A program made the position numbers and the translations under genes. A model generated the notes under the pieces. It made no database searches, had not been told where the DNA came from, and worked only from the letters and a program-made list of their open reading frames with translations. Source: Octopus bimaculoides (taxonomy: Eukaryota). Taken from it: a stretch of 64,000 nucleotides of DNA. The stretch's first letter is position 1. The number at the start of each line of letters is the position of its first letter. The stretch covers positions 44,326,252 through 44,390,251 of the forward strand of contig NC_068986.1 in NCBI RefSeq assembly GCF_001194135.2, read 5' to 3'. Shown here piece by piece: positions 12,562-26,857 of the stretch.

Positions 12562-13250
12562 AAGGTGGTAAGCTGACAGAACCATTAGTATGCCTGGCAA
12601 AATGCTCAGCAGCATTTCGTCTGTCTTTACATTCTGAGTTCAAATCCCGCCAAAGTCGACTTTGCCTTTCAGCCTTTCAGGGTCGATAAATGAAGTACCA
12701 GTGAAACACTGAGGTCAAATAATCGACTAGTCCCCTCCCCCAAATTTCAGGCCTTGTGCCTATAGTAGAAAGGATTATTATCATTATTGCTATTATTATT
12801 ATTACTATTATTATTATTATTATTAAGGTGGTGAGCTGGCAGAACCATTAGCATACCAGGTGAAATGGTTAGCAGCATTTCATGTCTTTACTTTCTGGGT
12901 TCAAATCCTGCTGAAGTCGACTTTGGCTTTCACCCTTCCAGGATCAATAAAATAAGTACCAGTTAAGTACTGGGGCCAATGTAATCAACTCTCCCCATCC
13001 CCACAAATACCAGGCCTTGTGCCTATAGTAGAATGGATTTTTATTATTATTAGTATTATCACTATCAAGGCAGTGAGCTGGTAGAATTGTTAGCATGCTG
13101 GGCAAAATGCTTAGTGGCATTTCATCCATCTTTACGTTCTGAGTTCAAATTCCACCGAGGTCAATTTTGCCTTTCATTCTTACAGGGTCAATGTAATTGA
13201 CTTATTCTAACTCCAGACCTGCTAGCCTTCTGCCAAAATTTGAAACCATT
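12562..13250 (+). mobile_element. Three head-to-tail copies of SINE family A with (ATT)n linkers
   Basis: aaggtggt.agctggcagaa...ttctgagttcaaat...gtcgactttgcctttca...ccttgtgcctatagtagaaaggattattat repeated. Confidence 0.8.
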
Positions 13251-14311
13251 ATTATTGTTGTTGTTGTCTTGATAATAATGACAGAATGTGCATTATTTAT
13301 TTTATGAAAAAAAATCTATACTCATGATAATGAAGATCATTATTGACTTCCACACCAAAACATGTACTTCACATTACCATTATCTTTTTTAAGTAATTAT
13401 CATTCCATCACAGATGATGGTGACACAGCATCAATGTAAAAACAAGCACAAATATACCTTAACCCATTTAGAAATCATAACACTACTTATGATGTGAGAT
13501 ATATTGAAGTATTCATGTAAAAATGAGAAAATTATAAAACTTTAAAAAATGATGTCTTATTTGAAGCTATGAATGTGGGTGATTTTTACTACGAAATTTA
13601 ATGTACCTGTAAAGATTGATATAGCTGAATGGAACAAGTGTGTGTGTGTGTGCGCGCACGCGCGCACATTAAATTTGGCAGGTTTTAATGCTCACAGTAT
13701 AAATTCAGTATTTTCTGGCATACAAGTTGAATTTTTCAGAGCAAAATTTACAGCTAAAAAAGGTAAGTTGACTTATTTATCAAGACAACTTTGGGAGACT
13801 AGAAATTCCATATGTAGCAAGATTTGGAAAGACAGTGATGTTTGAATGTCTTTAATACATATTTACACTACATACTACATTGACTTGCATGCCAAAATAT
13901 TAATATCAATTAATATCTTCATTGTAAGTCCTCCAAACAGTACACTGGTTTCCAACTAGTCTTTGATTTGTTTTCTATTTTTTAAAATCTGCACTGTGAT
14001 GCAAAAAATGGTTATTTATTGGGTTAGGGGATGTTAAGTGAGGGGAAAAAAGGGTGTTTTTTATTCTTTATCCGGAGCATATCATGGTACCAGTGGTAGA
14101 ATACGAACTCACAAATCTTGCCAAGAGATTATCCTATAACAGTGATTCTCAAATTGACAAATATCAGGCCTACCCATAAATGCTGGAGAAATATTTTTCC
14201 ACTCCCCTTTAGTAAAGGGAAGACAAATCATTAAGAAGCAAAACAAAATACTTAAACACATTTAAGTATGGGACATCACCATACCTGTTCCACTAATATT
14301 TCAATAAGTCA

Positions 14312-14640
14312 TAGTGTGGCTGTATGGTAAGAAGGTTTCAGGTTCAGTTCCACTGTGTGGCACTTTAGGCAAGTGTCTTCTACTAGAACCTCAGGCTGAC
14401 CAAAGCCTTGTGAGTGGATGTGGTGGATGGAAACTGAAAGAAGACATGTATATGTGTGTGTGTGTGTCTGTCCCCCAGTACTGCTTGACAACTGGTGTTG
14501 GGGTGCTTACGCCCCTGTGAGTTAGTGGTTTGGCAAAAGAAACTGATAGAATAAGTATCAGGCTTCACAAAAAAACAGTCTTCAAGGCAGTGCCCCAGGA
14601 TGACTAGAGTCTAATGACTAAAACAAGTGAAAGATAAAAG
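14312..14640 (+). mobile_element. SINE family B
   Basis: Same head, (GT)n and tail as 9765 and 42242. It ends about 15 bp from the donor of exon 14655-14737. Confidence 0.75.
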
Positions 14641-14654
14641 ATGAAATGAAATAC

Positions 14655-14737
14655 CTGCAAATAGCTGGGAATACTTCTTGAAGTCCTTTACTTTTCAATT
14701 GAGAAAGATCAAGACAATGTACAACGACATCCATCAC
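14655..14737 (-). CDS. WDR7: WDR7 coding exon (VMDVVVHCLDLSQLKSKGLQEVFPAIC)
   Basis: Acceptor ctgtttttag, donor gtattt; 83 nt, phase 0 to 2. Matches VMDIIMYCL...KGLQECFPAICR. Confidence 0.93.
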
Positions 14738-15657
14738 CTAAAAACAGGATTTTTAGCTCTTAGCTTCTTAGGTAAAAGTAACAAAGCTTTTTTTTTTTTT
14801 CAAGAACTGGTTTAAAGATTTAAATTAATATTATACAATTTACTCCTAATTTATCTGATCTCAAAAATAAAAGCAATTACACATCTTGTACAAATCTACT
14901 TTGAACCTTTAAGAAAACAACATTTGTAATTTTTACAACTATAACCTAATTGTATGCTAAGCTGACCTTTCATAATAAAGGAGAAAGTATGATGTATGTA
15001 TGAAATAAAGTCAGTTTGGACTGAGTCATTTTCAAGTTTTTGCTTTATAAAAAAAAACATGTTTTCTACTTTTGGCTTCATTAAACTTATAAAGAGTTAC
15101 AGCCCAAAACAAATGCTAGTCCCTTTTTTTGCAAAGGTTTGTAAGGTACCACTTTATATGAAAAAGATAGGTATAGAAATGCTCTTACACTAAATAAATT
15201 TAAGCTTTTGTAAATTGATATTTTACAACAGAAGACTTTCATTGAGAGCTTATTAACAAATATGTGATTTATAGAAATTCTCATTAATGATTATCACTGG
15301 ATGTTTGTTGGTTTTAATTAGAGAAGCTAAGCAAAGTATTATCAGACTTGTTAATATTGAAAGAAACAAGATATTGTATTCTGTTTCACTTGCATTCAAA
15401 TACATCTAGAAAGACTTCATCTTAAAAAGTTACATAGGTAACAATAAGCTGCATATATAACCATTAATTTCTTAATGATTTGAATGTTTTTCTATATTTT
15501 GCTAATCATTTAATACTTCCTTCCCACAAAATATTGAAAGTAGATATTTATTCTTAAAGATCCTACATGTATATTAATAAATTACTTTCCTAAATGAGAA
15601 AGCTACAGAACTGGAGGCTTCTGCAAAACATAAAATGATCAGGAAGGAAACAAATTA

Positions 15658-15972
<315 letters not shown>

Positions 15973-16014
15973 TTAAAAAAAAATTATAACACAAAAATTT
16001 TTTTAAAATCACTA

Positions 16015-16284
<270 letters not shown>

Positions 16285-16684
16285 TCAGCACAAGGGGAAA
16301 TTAAAAATCTTTTTTCATCTTTACTAGTTATGACTGGGATATATAAGCATTAACAACTGAACACAGGAAGAATTTCAAAAACTAAACCATGGGTGTCGAA
16401 TCTGTTTTATATAAAAGTGAATTTGGGGTCATACTTAGCATTGCTACAGGTTAACCTTTAGTACACTGCATTTTCTCGAGAACTGTTTCCCCTACCACTG
16501 CCCTGCTGCTACAGGAGAGATAACTCATACAGTGACAGGATGCACTACAGCATGTTAAAGGTTAAATCTGGCTTCCAGGCCATATGCTTCATATCTCTGA
16601 ACTAAACATGTGCCCAAATAGCATATAAGGTTATGTGAAGATAATTTTTAAATATTTATTATGATTGTATTTCTGTATCTTTTA

Positions 16685-17045
16685 TCTTTTACTTGTTTCA
16701 GTCATTGGACTAGACTGCAGCCATACTGGGATGCCAGCTTGAAGACTTTAGTTGAACAAATCAATCCCAGTGCTTGCTTTTAAGTTTGGTACTTAGTCTA
16801 TTGGTCTTTTTAGCCAAACTGGGTTGTCAGAGTGGAGAGGGAGGGAAAAACAGACACACAAAAATATTCTCTCACACATGCACACACACACACGACAGAC
16901 TTCCACAAAGTTTCCATCTACCAAATTCACTCTGAAAGCATTGGTCGGTCAAGTGAGGCTATAGTGGAGGACCGGAGGTGGTATGCAGTGGGACTGAACC
17001 CAAAACCACGAGGTTGCAATGTGAGCTTTTTAACCACACAGCCAT
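16685..17045 (-). mobile_element. SINE family B, reverse orientation
   Basis: ttttacttgtttcagtcatt...actgcagccatactgg...(CA)n...gggactgaaccc...accacacagccat is the reverse complement of family B. Confidence 0.72.
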
Positions 17046-17137
17046 CCCTGTTTGATTCTTACATTAGAGCTATTTTATTTGTCTTCTTATCACTACAACT
17101 ATAACGAATAAGAAAGAAAAGTTTCATGTTTACTTAC

Positions 17138-17347
17138 TAGTAAGACGGGCTAGTGAATAGTTTGACAAGCTAAAACCTTCTTGGCCTGCACGGCGAAGCT
17201 TCTTTTGGTCTGTGTCCGGTTTACGTTTGCTAGGTTCAATCTCATGCCCAAACTCTGCTCCTACAACTCCAAGCATGATGATTGCAGTGGCCTGTTTCCT
17301 GCGTGATTCAAAATTGCTGGAGAGTTTATTGGCTGGTGGTTCACCTT
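17138..17347 (-). CDS. WDR7: WDR7 coding exon (FESRRKQATAIIMLGVVGAEFG...NYSLARLT)
   Basis: Acceptor tttttttag, donor gtaagt; 210 nt, phase 1 to 1. Confidence 0.95.
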
Positions 17348-17699
17348 CTAAAAAAAAAGAAGAAAAAAAACAACTCATAGTTAAAATTTTTCTATGGTAA
17401 TATATATTTCAGTTTATTAACAGGAATAAATGAACCAGATTTTCCTTCTCTGATTACTTTGGAAAATTAAATAACACATTTTGTTGCATCTTTAGTTCAT
17501 TTCTGACCAATGATGATTTATTTAAAAAATTGTAATTTGTTGCTATGGTATCTGATATATACTCAGACATTTTGAACTTCCCTAATCCAGCAAGTTAGAG
17601 ACTGGACAAGTGCTTAAGTAATAGATTTTTCAAACCAGTGAAGCTTTGGGTACACTACAACAGGAAACTGAAATGAAATTGTGGCTTTTGTGCTTGTCA

Positions 17700-18227
<528 letters not shown>

Positions 18228-19467
18228 TCATTTAAAGGAAGTTTATGTTTACTATCTCCCAATCCATCCATCCTTGTTCTTGTTGTCATTATCATTACTG
18301 TCTTGGTATCCACTTACTGGCTTAGATTAGATGGATATACATAACATTATCTTATGTGTCTCAATCCTATGTATGTTATCTATGAGGGAAGGTATTCTTT
18401 GATCTGATCTATTGACATTCTTGCATATTTTCCTCAGTTACTTACACCAATTCAAAGGACTTATTTACTTCATATATTATAAATACTACATTTCCAAACA
18501 ACAGCAGTTGTCTCTTTTTTGAACACATTAATCAAGATTGTTTATGATGAACCATTACCTCAAAGTCATTGTTCTGCTTGTTTAGTCAATTAAGATTTGT
18601 TATCCAAACCCAAAACCTGACATTTATAAAAGGACGGCATTGAGAAAATATAACATCATATCTTTCTCAAAGTGTTGAAAGTAAATGAAACAGAATGTTG
18701 AAAATAAGATAGATTTGGTTCACTGAATACTTATCTCTCCTCTACAGCATTCAGTGTAGCTGATTAATATAATGCTTATAAAAGAAGACATGTCCATGTA
18801 CCTTAGAGAGAGATGAGCTCTGATGTTCTAGACAGGATCCTTCTTCAGACATATGTCTCAGACTAATTGGTAAAGTATGTATAGTGTTATCCACATCATT
18901 ATAAAGAAACAGATATAAAGCAGATCATGGCTCAGACCATCAACTCCAGAGACTTTTTCACCATGTAAATGCAGTATAAGAAAGACATGATTTAAGCTTT
19001 GAGACATATATGTTCTGGCAAGGTTTTTGATAACCAGGCTGTGCACTATTTATAGTAAACTGCTGAGATATTAGTTCACCAAAGTCAGACTATCCATCAT
19101 CTCCACATTCTGGGAGGACAGAAAATATTGTCAAAGTTTTAATCTAATTGTGCTCACAAATTTCTTGTGAAAAGACACTGGTGGAGATACTTTGGGTAGT
19201 AAAGCAAAAGTTGGCTGCAGCTCAAAGCTGCTATTTGAACAGTGACACCATTCTTCAACATCAAATTACTTTTGCAAGCTCCAATCCAACAAGAAAGCCA
19301 TAATGCAATTACTCAACCTAAAAGAATAAGCAGCCTAATCTTCCTCAAATTATATTCTGCCATGTTAAAATGTTAAGGAGAAAAAGGATAATATAGTCCT
19401 AGATATGTTTGTGCCTAAAAAATATATATATAAAAAAGGATGGTTATGGCTGCAACACCTTTAATCA

Positions 19468-19929
<462 letters not shown>

Positions 19930-20049
19930 TTAAAGAAAAATGAATATTATGATGAACATGGTATCAATCGATGGGAGAGGAATGAGAGAAATGTTTATTC
20001 TCTTCTATCTATCTATCTATCTATGTAGCTAGCAAGTTAGATTTCTATG

Positions 20050-20470
20050 TCATCATCATCATCGTTTAATGCCTGCTTTCCATGCTCGCACGGGTTGGAC
20101 GGTTTGACTGAGGGCTGGCAAGCCAGAAGGTTGCACCAGGCTCCAATCCAATCTGGCAAAGTTTTTACAGCTGGATGCCCTTCTTAATGCCAACCACTCC
20201 GAAAGTGTAGTGGGTGCTTTTTACGTGCCACTGGCATGAAGGCTAGTCAGGCGGTACTGGCATCAACCATGCCTGAATGGTGCATTTTACATGCCACCAG
20301 CACGGGAGCCAGTCGGGTGACACTGGCAACAACCACACTGGAATGGTGCTTTTTACGTGCCACCGGCACAGGACCAGTCAGCCAGCACTGGCATCAACTA
20401 CGCTCGAATGGTGCTTTTTTATGTGCCACCAGCAAGAGTGCCAATCAGGCGGTACTGTCATTGGTCACGA
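20050..20470 (-). mobile_element. Family D tail copy with an internal ~64-bp tandem repeat (4 units)
   Basis: Unit gtgcttttacgtgccac...cagtca...actggca.caac...gaatg repeated at about 20215-20470. Confidence 0.75.
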
Positions 20471-20769
20471 CACCAACTTCACTTGTCTCAATATGAATAC
20501 AAATACTTATGGAATAGTGATAAAGACTGTGTTTGACCTCACTGACGGCTATTTAGTAATGAATGTAAATTTCTTGATGCTATTCAAAATCAAACTGCAT
20601 GGCATACATTTTCAGCCTATCTTCTATTTTCTCTGTTAAGATGCTTTTAAAAATATTTTTACTCTGTGTTTAAGTAGTTTTTGTTTCTCTGAGATTATCT
20701 AGTATACAATATTAAACAACTAACTGAATAGAAAGAATATTACAAAAAAAAAGAAGAAGCTTAGTTTAC

Positions 20770-21487
20770 CTTTTTATTCGTTTCAAATGACTTCCTTCCA
20801 AAAAAGAAGCATAGTTCATACTCATTAAAGTGTTAGCAACAGAAATGACACTCAAAAGATGTTGAGTAGTAATAGCCTGTGATATCTGCCAACGAGATTT
20901 GGTAGAGAATCTGTGAATTTCATCTTCAGCAAAGCTGTCACCAGTGTTAGAACTATTCATTGCTAAAGCAGCATCGCTTTCATTGTCATCATTTTCTGTT
21001 GATGAATCCATTTCAAGATCATCAAAAGTAATTAAATCTTCCATAGATTTCTGGCGTACTTGCTCTATTAAAGTTGGCTTTTTATTTGAGATCACATTCT
21101 GAAGTAAAAGGTTTTGCTGAAGACGAAACTGCTTTTTGTGTCCACCAGGAAGTAAAAGAGACATGTGCCCATGGCGAGAGAACAAGCCAAAAGACACGGG
21201 TCTCTTGGGTCGCAGCAAGCCCAGCTTGCTGTGACAAAGTTTGTCTAGATCAGGATCAAGGCCCCATGCATGCAAGCATGACATAAATAGCTGAGCAGTT
21301 TCCATGGTTATGTCAATTGATTTTATGTGAATACTATTTGGTCGATGCTTTTCTGAGGTAATTGATGTCACAGATGGCCGATTGCTTTGTTTTGGAGATG
21401 ACTGAGGAGAATATTGTGTGGCTTCAACTTTATTTTGTATCTTGTGACCAACATTTTCTGCCTTGTCTTTCACTTTAGCAATTAAGC
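20770..21487 (-). CDS. WDR7: WDR7 large coding exon (TMETAQLFMSCLHAWGL...TTQHLLSVISVANTLMSM)
   Basis: Acceptor cttttatag, donor gtaaac; 718 nt, phase 1 to 2. Confidence 0.95.
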
Positions 21488-21588
21488 CTATAAAAGACAT
21501 AAATAGAATGCATGTTAATGCTAATTCCTTAGTTCCAAACAAACATGACAGATCATACAAAAATTGTTACAAGTAATCTATAGCTTAC

Positions 21589-21723
21589 CAGCAATTTTCA
21601 CAGCCGCTTCACTGACCTCTGGTTGTATTGCATTGTGTAACCTTTCCATGGTAGGACTGGTAGTATTAAATGCTTCTATTTCACCTGGCGTCATCAAAGC
21701 ATACTCTTCAGTTAAGAGTTGAA
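21589..21723 (-). CDS. WDR7: WDR7 coding exon (VQLLTEEYAL...AAVKIA)
   Basis: Acceptor ttgcttgtag, donor gtaagc; 135 nt, phase 1 to 1. IQLLTEE motif. Confidence 0.9.
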
Positions 21724-21918
21724 CTACAAGCAAAGAATTGAAAAGCAGAGGTGGGTAAGAAAAAACTTTAATGCAAAAAAGGATTTCTGGTCTGAAAGAT
21801 GAGAAAGTATTATCATTAAAAAATATTTCATTAAAAAACATGAATAATTTTACCATTTCTAGAAAGGAAAACTAGGATTCTAAGCAAACAAAAGATATCT
21901 TAATAACTACTATCTTAC

Positions 21919-22248
21919 CTATAAGGGATTCTGTATCAAAGAATAACAAATGGGCATCTGGATTGTTGGTGTTAGTGCGGATACCCTGTATAAGTAAGGG
22001 TGATGCTTGTGGCTTAACTAGTTCTGGTTTTGGTGCAGCAGATATCAAAGGCTGGGCTTGAGTAGGCCCAGGATTTTGTGTTAGTTTTTGTTGAGCAAGG
22101 TTCCGGAAAGTGGCTAAATTACGCCGCTTCAAGGCTTGAGTGAGTGTTATACTTGGATTTGTTAATGCTTCTACTGCAACTGCATTTTCATCACAATTGT
22201 TGAGAATTTCTTCAGCAATAATTCCATGAACACACCGATCAAGGTGAC
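21919..22248 (-). CDS. WDR7: WDR7 coding exon (GHLDRCVHG...HLLFFDTESLI)
   Basis: Acceptor tttttaaaag, donor gtaaga; 330 nt, phase 1 to 1. Confidence 0.95.
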
Positions 22249-22580
22249 CTTTTAAAAAAATAATAAGCAAAAGTTAGAAATGTGGAGTATTATGGAAAAA
22301 ATTGAAATCTTTAACTTCTATAGAAAGTATTGGTGATCATGAATAGTAGATATATGTTATAATTGAGGTCCAACATGGCATAATTATTTTCTAAAACTTA
22401 TACATGTTTAAAATAAAAAGAATTACATCAAACACAAATCTGCTTTATGAAGTGCAAAAGAATTACTGAAGATTTTATCTTCACTTTTATGTTATAATCT
22501 TCAATTATTTTAAATGCAAAATGATCTGAAAAGAATATTAATTTCATTTTTTGACTACTGAAAAATATTGAGAAAAACTA

Positions 22581-22946
<366 letters not shown>

Positions 22947-23820
22947 TTAAGGCCCTTCACTGGAAATATAAAAAATTCTTAACAATACTAAGATTGACAA
23001 TTAGAGAAATGATAGTGAGGACAAGCTTCTTCTACCTACAAAATGTTCCTCATAGCAAGCATCTATTGAGTTGGCAACTAAGTTCCTGCCGTTTTTTAAA
23101 AATTTTGGAATTCATTGCGTTTTTAAATTTTGGAATCTATTTTTTTGAGAATTCTATTTTTGAATCATTTTGGAATCTATTTTGTTTTTTTCTAGTTAAT
23201 TTTAGTTAATTTTTGTTTATTTTCCGATCATTAAAACAGAATGTATGGGTTGGATGGCTTGACAGGAACTGACAATGTCAGGGGCTGCTCCAGGTTCCAT
23301 AGTCTGTTTTTGGCATGGTTTCTGTGGCCCTATGTTAGTGCTTTTTATGTAGCACCCTCACCAGTGCTTTTTATGTAGCATATGAAAAAGTTTTTGTTAA
23401 TATTCCCATACAGTTTCAGATTCTATCCCAAAGCATGGCACTTTGGGCAAGTGTTTTCTACAATAGCCTTGGCTGACCAATGCTCTGTGAAAGAAACTTG
23501 GGGGCAGAAGCCCATCATACATGAGTTTGTGTGTAAATGTATGCACTGCAGTAGTCTATATCACCTAGAAACAAAAATGTCTGGTAATGATTTGATGTAT
23601 GAAGAAATGGAATAAAGTACTTTATCAGTAAATGAAAACAATTATAATATATACAGACATGGCTGAGTGGTAAAGAAGTCTGCTTCACAATTATGTGGAT
23701 TCAGGTTCAGCTCCAACATGTGACACTTTGGACAAGTGTTTTCTACCTTCGCCTTGGGCTATCTAATGTAACTAATGGTCCGTGAGTTAATTTGATAGAC
23801 AGAAACTTTAGAGAGCCCAC

Positions 23821-23900
<80 letters not shown>

Positions 23901-24365
23901 CATGTGCATATGTTTTTGTCTCTTTCTCTACATTTGCAATTCTCTAAAAAAAAAAAAACACGGTGAGCAACAGTGACAATGCTTACTGTTTTATTTTTGT
24001 GGTAACATTGTGCTTTCAAAGATGAGTGAAGTGAAAACACCTTTACTTGAAAGATGAGTAAATGTTAGCAACAGGAAAGGTATCAAATTGTACACAATGC
24101 CTTGAAAACATGTATTCATCAAGCAACTATTTTACTCGATTCTATTCTAAATTCTAGATACTGAGAAAATTAATTGAAACATATAGGCAGTGTATTATGG
24201 TTATAAATATGGCCTTGAAAAAGTCATAAATGTGCATAAAAGGTCAAAAGATTAATAAGGTTTTAAACAGTTTATAGATAAAGATAAAAGTTTATTATGT
24301 AATGATAAAGATCTACCCTCCTCTTATCCACAGAAAAAAATGATACATGATAAAAAAATACTTAC

Positions 24366-24583
24366 ATTACAGCTATTTGGAGGGACCAGAAGTTGTGTTA
24401 TTTCACCTCCATGAACGGTAAACGTATGGAGCTTGATCCCTTGAAACATGTCCCAGAGAATCACAGAAAAGTCGGTTCCACCAGAAATAAGATGTGCAGA
24501 CTCATAACGAGTAGATTCATTACATGGATATAGTAAACATGTGACACGTCCATCATGTCCCTGTAATACTTTTACACTGATTT
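24366..24583 (-). CDS. WDR7: WDR7 coding exon, WD40 repeat (LQGHDGRVTCLLYP...HGGEITQLLVPPNSCN)
   Basis: Acceptor gatttttcag, donor gtaagt; 218 nt, phase 1 to 0. Canonical GH...WD repeat. Confidence 0.95.
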
Positions 24584-24700
24584 CTGAAAAATCAAAAAAG
24601 AATTAGAAAAGAAAGAAAAAAAAAAAGGGAATTGATTGAAATTAGACAGAGATTTATCAGTCTTTATTATTGATAAATTCTAGAATTTCAACTTCTTTAA

Positions 24701-24917
24701 CCCTTTTGTTACACTATTTCTGTTGAGATGCTCTGTGTTTCTTTCAATTAATTTTGAATATAACAAAGAATTTAGTAAAATAACTTAGTTATCATTTGTG
24801 TTAGGAACACAAATTGTGACTAAGGTTTGGTGGAGGATTTTAATTCAAAACTTTTGAAAACAAGACATTTGTACTACAAAGCCAGAAGTTTTTTCAGCCA
24901 GGTTGGTATCAAAACAG
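24701..24917. mobile_element. piggyBac-like MITE (TTAA-flanked)
   Basis: TTAA at 24697-24700 and 24918-24921; TIR cccttttgttac. Near-identical to 40570-40790. Confidence 0.75.
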
Positions 24918-25466
24918 TTAATAACAAAAAATACTTATTTTGGATTAAATATTTATGCATGATTATACAATTTCATATAAAAAGATGAGGCATAATAATG
25001 ACAATGTCTTTGGAATATAGGATAATTTAAACAAATTTAAATATCTTAATGAGCAAGATCTAGTACATGACTGAAAGGATTATTTTATCATAATTCATCA
25101 GCATCATCATTTAACGTCTGTTTTCCATGCTGGTATGAGTTGGACAGTCTGACCAGAGCTAGCAAGTAGGAGAGCTGCACCAAGTTCCAGTATGAACGCA
25201 TTTTATGAGGTACCTGCATGAGAGCATTTTATATGGTACTGGCACAAATACTTTTATGTGGAACCAGCACCTGCAAGACAAACACATCTCAGCTAGGAGA
25301 GGGAGTGGGGGTATGGCCATAAAGAACATGCCTGAGTGTATGGATGGCTCCAATTTTACTTTGCTTGATGTCTCTTCTCAAGTAAAACAAATCACCCTAA
25401 GTCCCGGTCTGCTGTACTTGAGAAGACATGTCAAGCTAAGTAAACAATATATTAAGTAATTATATA

Positions 25467-25818
25467 CAGTTCTATATTTAAGAGATGAGGAATTATGTAC
25501 ATTATTTACATTATTTACAATTGACGGATATTTGTCCTCATCTTGTCTGTTGTTAACCACTATGCCATATGCCCGTGGCCATACGGTGTAGTGGTTAAGA
25601 GTGCGGGCTACTAACCCCAAGATTCCAAGTTCGATTCCAAGCAGTGACGTGAATAATAATAATAATAACATCGAAAAATACCTTAGGAATGAGAACCCAG
25701 GTTTGAAATTTCCCCAAGACACCTGATGAAGGCTGGAGGGTATATCAGCTGAAATGTTGTGTCAACAACAAACAAGATGAGCACAAATAGCCGTCAATTG
25801 TAAATAATGTAAATAATG
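25467..25818 (+). mobile_element. Small retroelement: inverted arms + tRNA-like Pol III head + minimal hammerhead-like motif, 14-bp TSD
   Basis: Arms about 25497-25554 and 25764-25821 are reverse complements. A/B-box-like ggtgtagtggtt...gttcgattcc. Motif gacac-CTGATGA-a-ggctg..cagct-GAAA-tgt-t-gtgtc at 25718-25763. taagtaattatata at 25453-25466 and 25819-25832. Confidence 0.7.
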
Positions 25819-25963
25819 TAAGTAATTATATATTGACATAACAGTCCAGTTGCAATTTGTAGAGAAATGGTAAAAATCAAAAATAGAAAAGAAAAAAAAA
25901 CAGTGGTTATAATAAAATTTAGGAGAAATTTTGGTAGCTACAAAAAAAAACAAAAATACATAC

Positions 25964-26120
25964 TATTAGGAGTTAGTTCTTTCTTATGCAGCAGTTGAAG
26001 TATAACACATTTTGTAGCAGGTGCAATAATTAAACTGCCATCCTGGCGACCACATACTACGAAACCTTGAGATGGAATGTGAATAGTAGCAGTAATTTCA
26101 AGACCTCTCTTTTGTTCACA
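25964..26120 (-). CDS. WDR7: WDR7 coding exon (LEITATIHIPSQGFVVCGRQDGSLIIAPAT...)
   Basis: Acceptor ttatttctag, donor gtatgt; 157 nt, phase 0 to 1. Matches VTASVYIP...VCGREDGSIVIVPAT. Confidence 0.92.
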
Positions 26121-26857
26121 CTAGAAATAAAAGAAATAATCAATTAAATCAAAGTGCACTTATGTAATAAAAAGGGAAAAGTAGAGCCTTCTGTGTGATA
26201 GCTCAACAGAAATAGCAGCCAAATGGGATATCAACATGGTTTGAATATCTTTGATCACAGGGTCTGCTCTATCAGAGGTAGTTTCAGGCTAAACAATACA
26301 CACCATCAGCATCATCATAACTCAATACAAATAGCTTCAAATTCTTCCTTAAAATGAATCCATTGGAGAAAGAAAATGGGAATATCATGGCTTGAATATC
26401 TTTCATCAGAGGTCTACTCTAGGCAGACCAGTTTCAGGGTTCTTGCTATTGCTGCTGCTGCTGCTACTACTACTACTACAACTATTACTACTTTGTCATG
26501 ATCATTTTCATTGTCATGATCAATTTTGCATCTGCTTTTGCCCGGTTGACATGTGTTGATCAAAACTTCTTCAGGCAATAACTTATGGCTGGGTACACCT
26601 TCTGATGTCAGCACTTGTTTTTCAAAACAAATTACTTTATTCCACATCTTCATATGTTGAATAGCAAAGTTGTAGGGCATACTGTTTATTTGGGGCATTA
26701 TTGCTGTCCAAGTGATGTTAATGCAAACGCATGTGGAGAATCTCACACACACACATACACAAAATTGCCACCACTGCCTTTCAAGTAAAATACTATAATT
26801 TAGTGTAATTAAAATCAAATTTACCATTCTTTACTCAATTTATATATATGCATAAGA

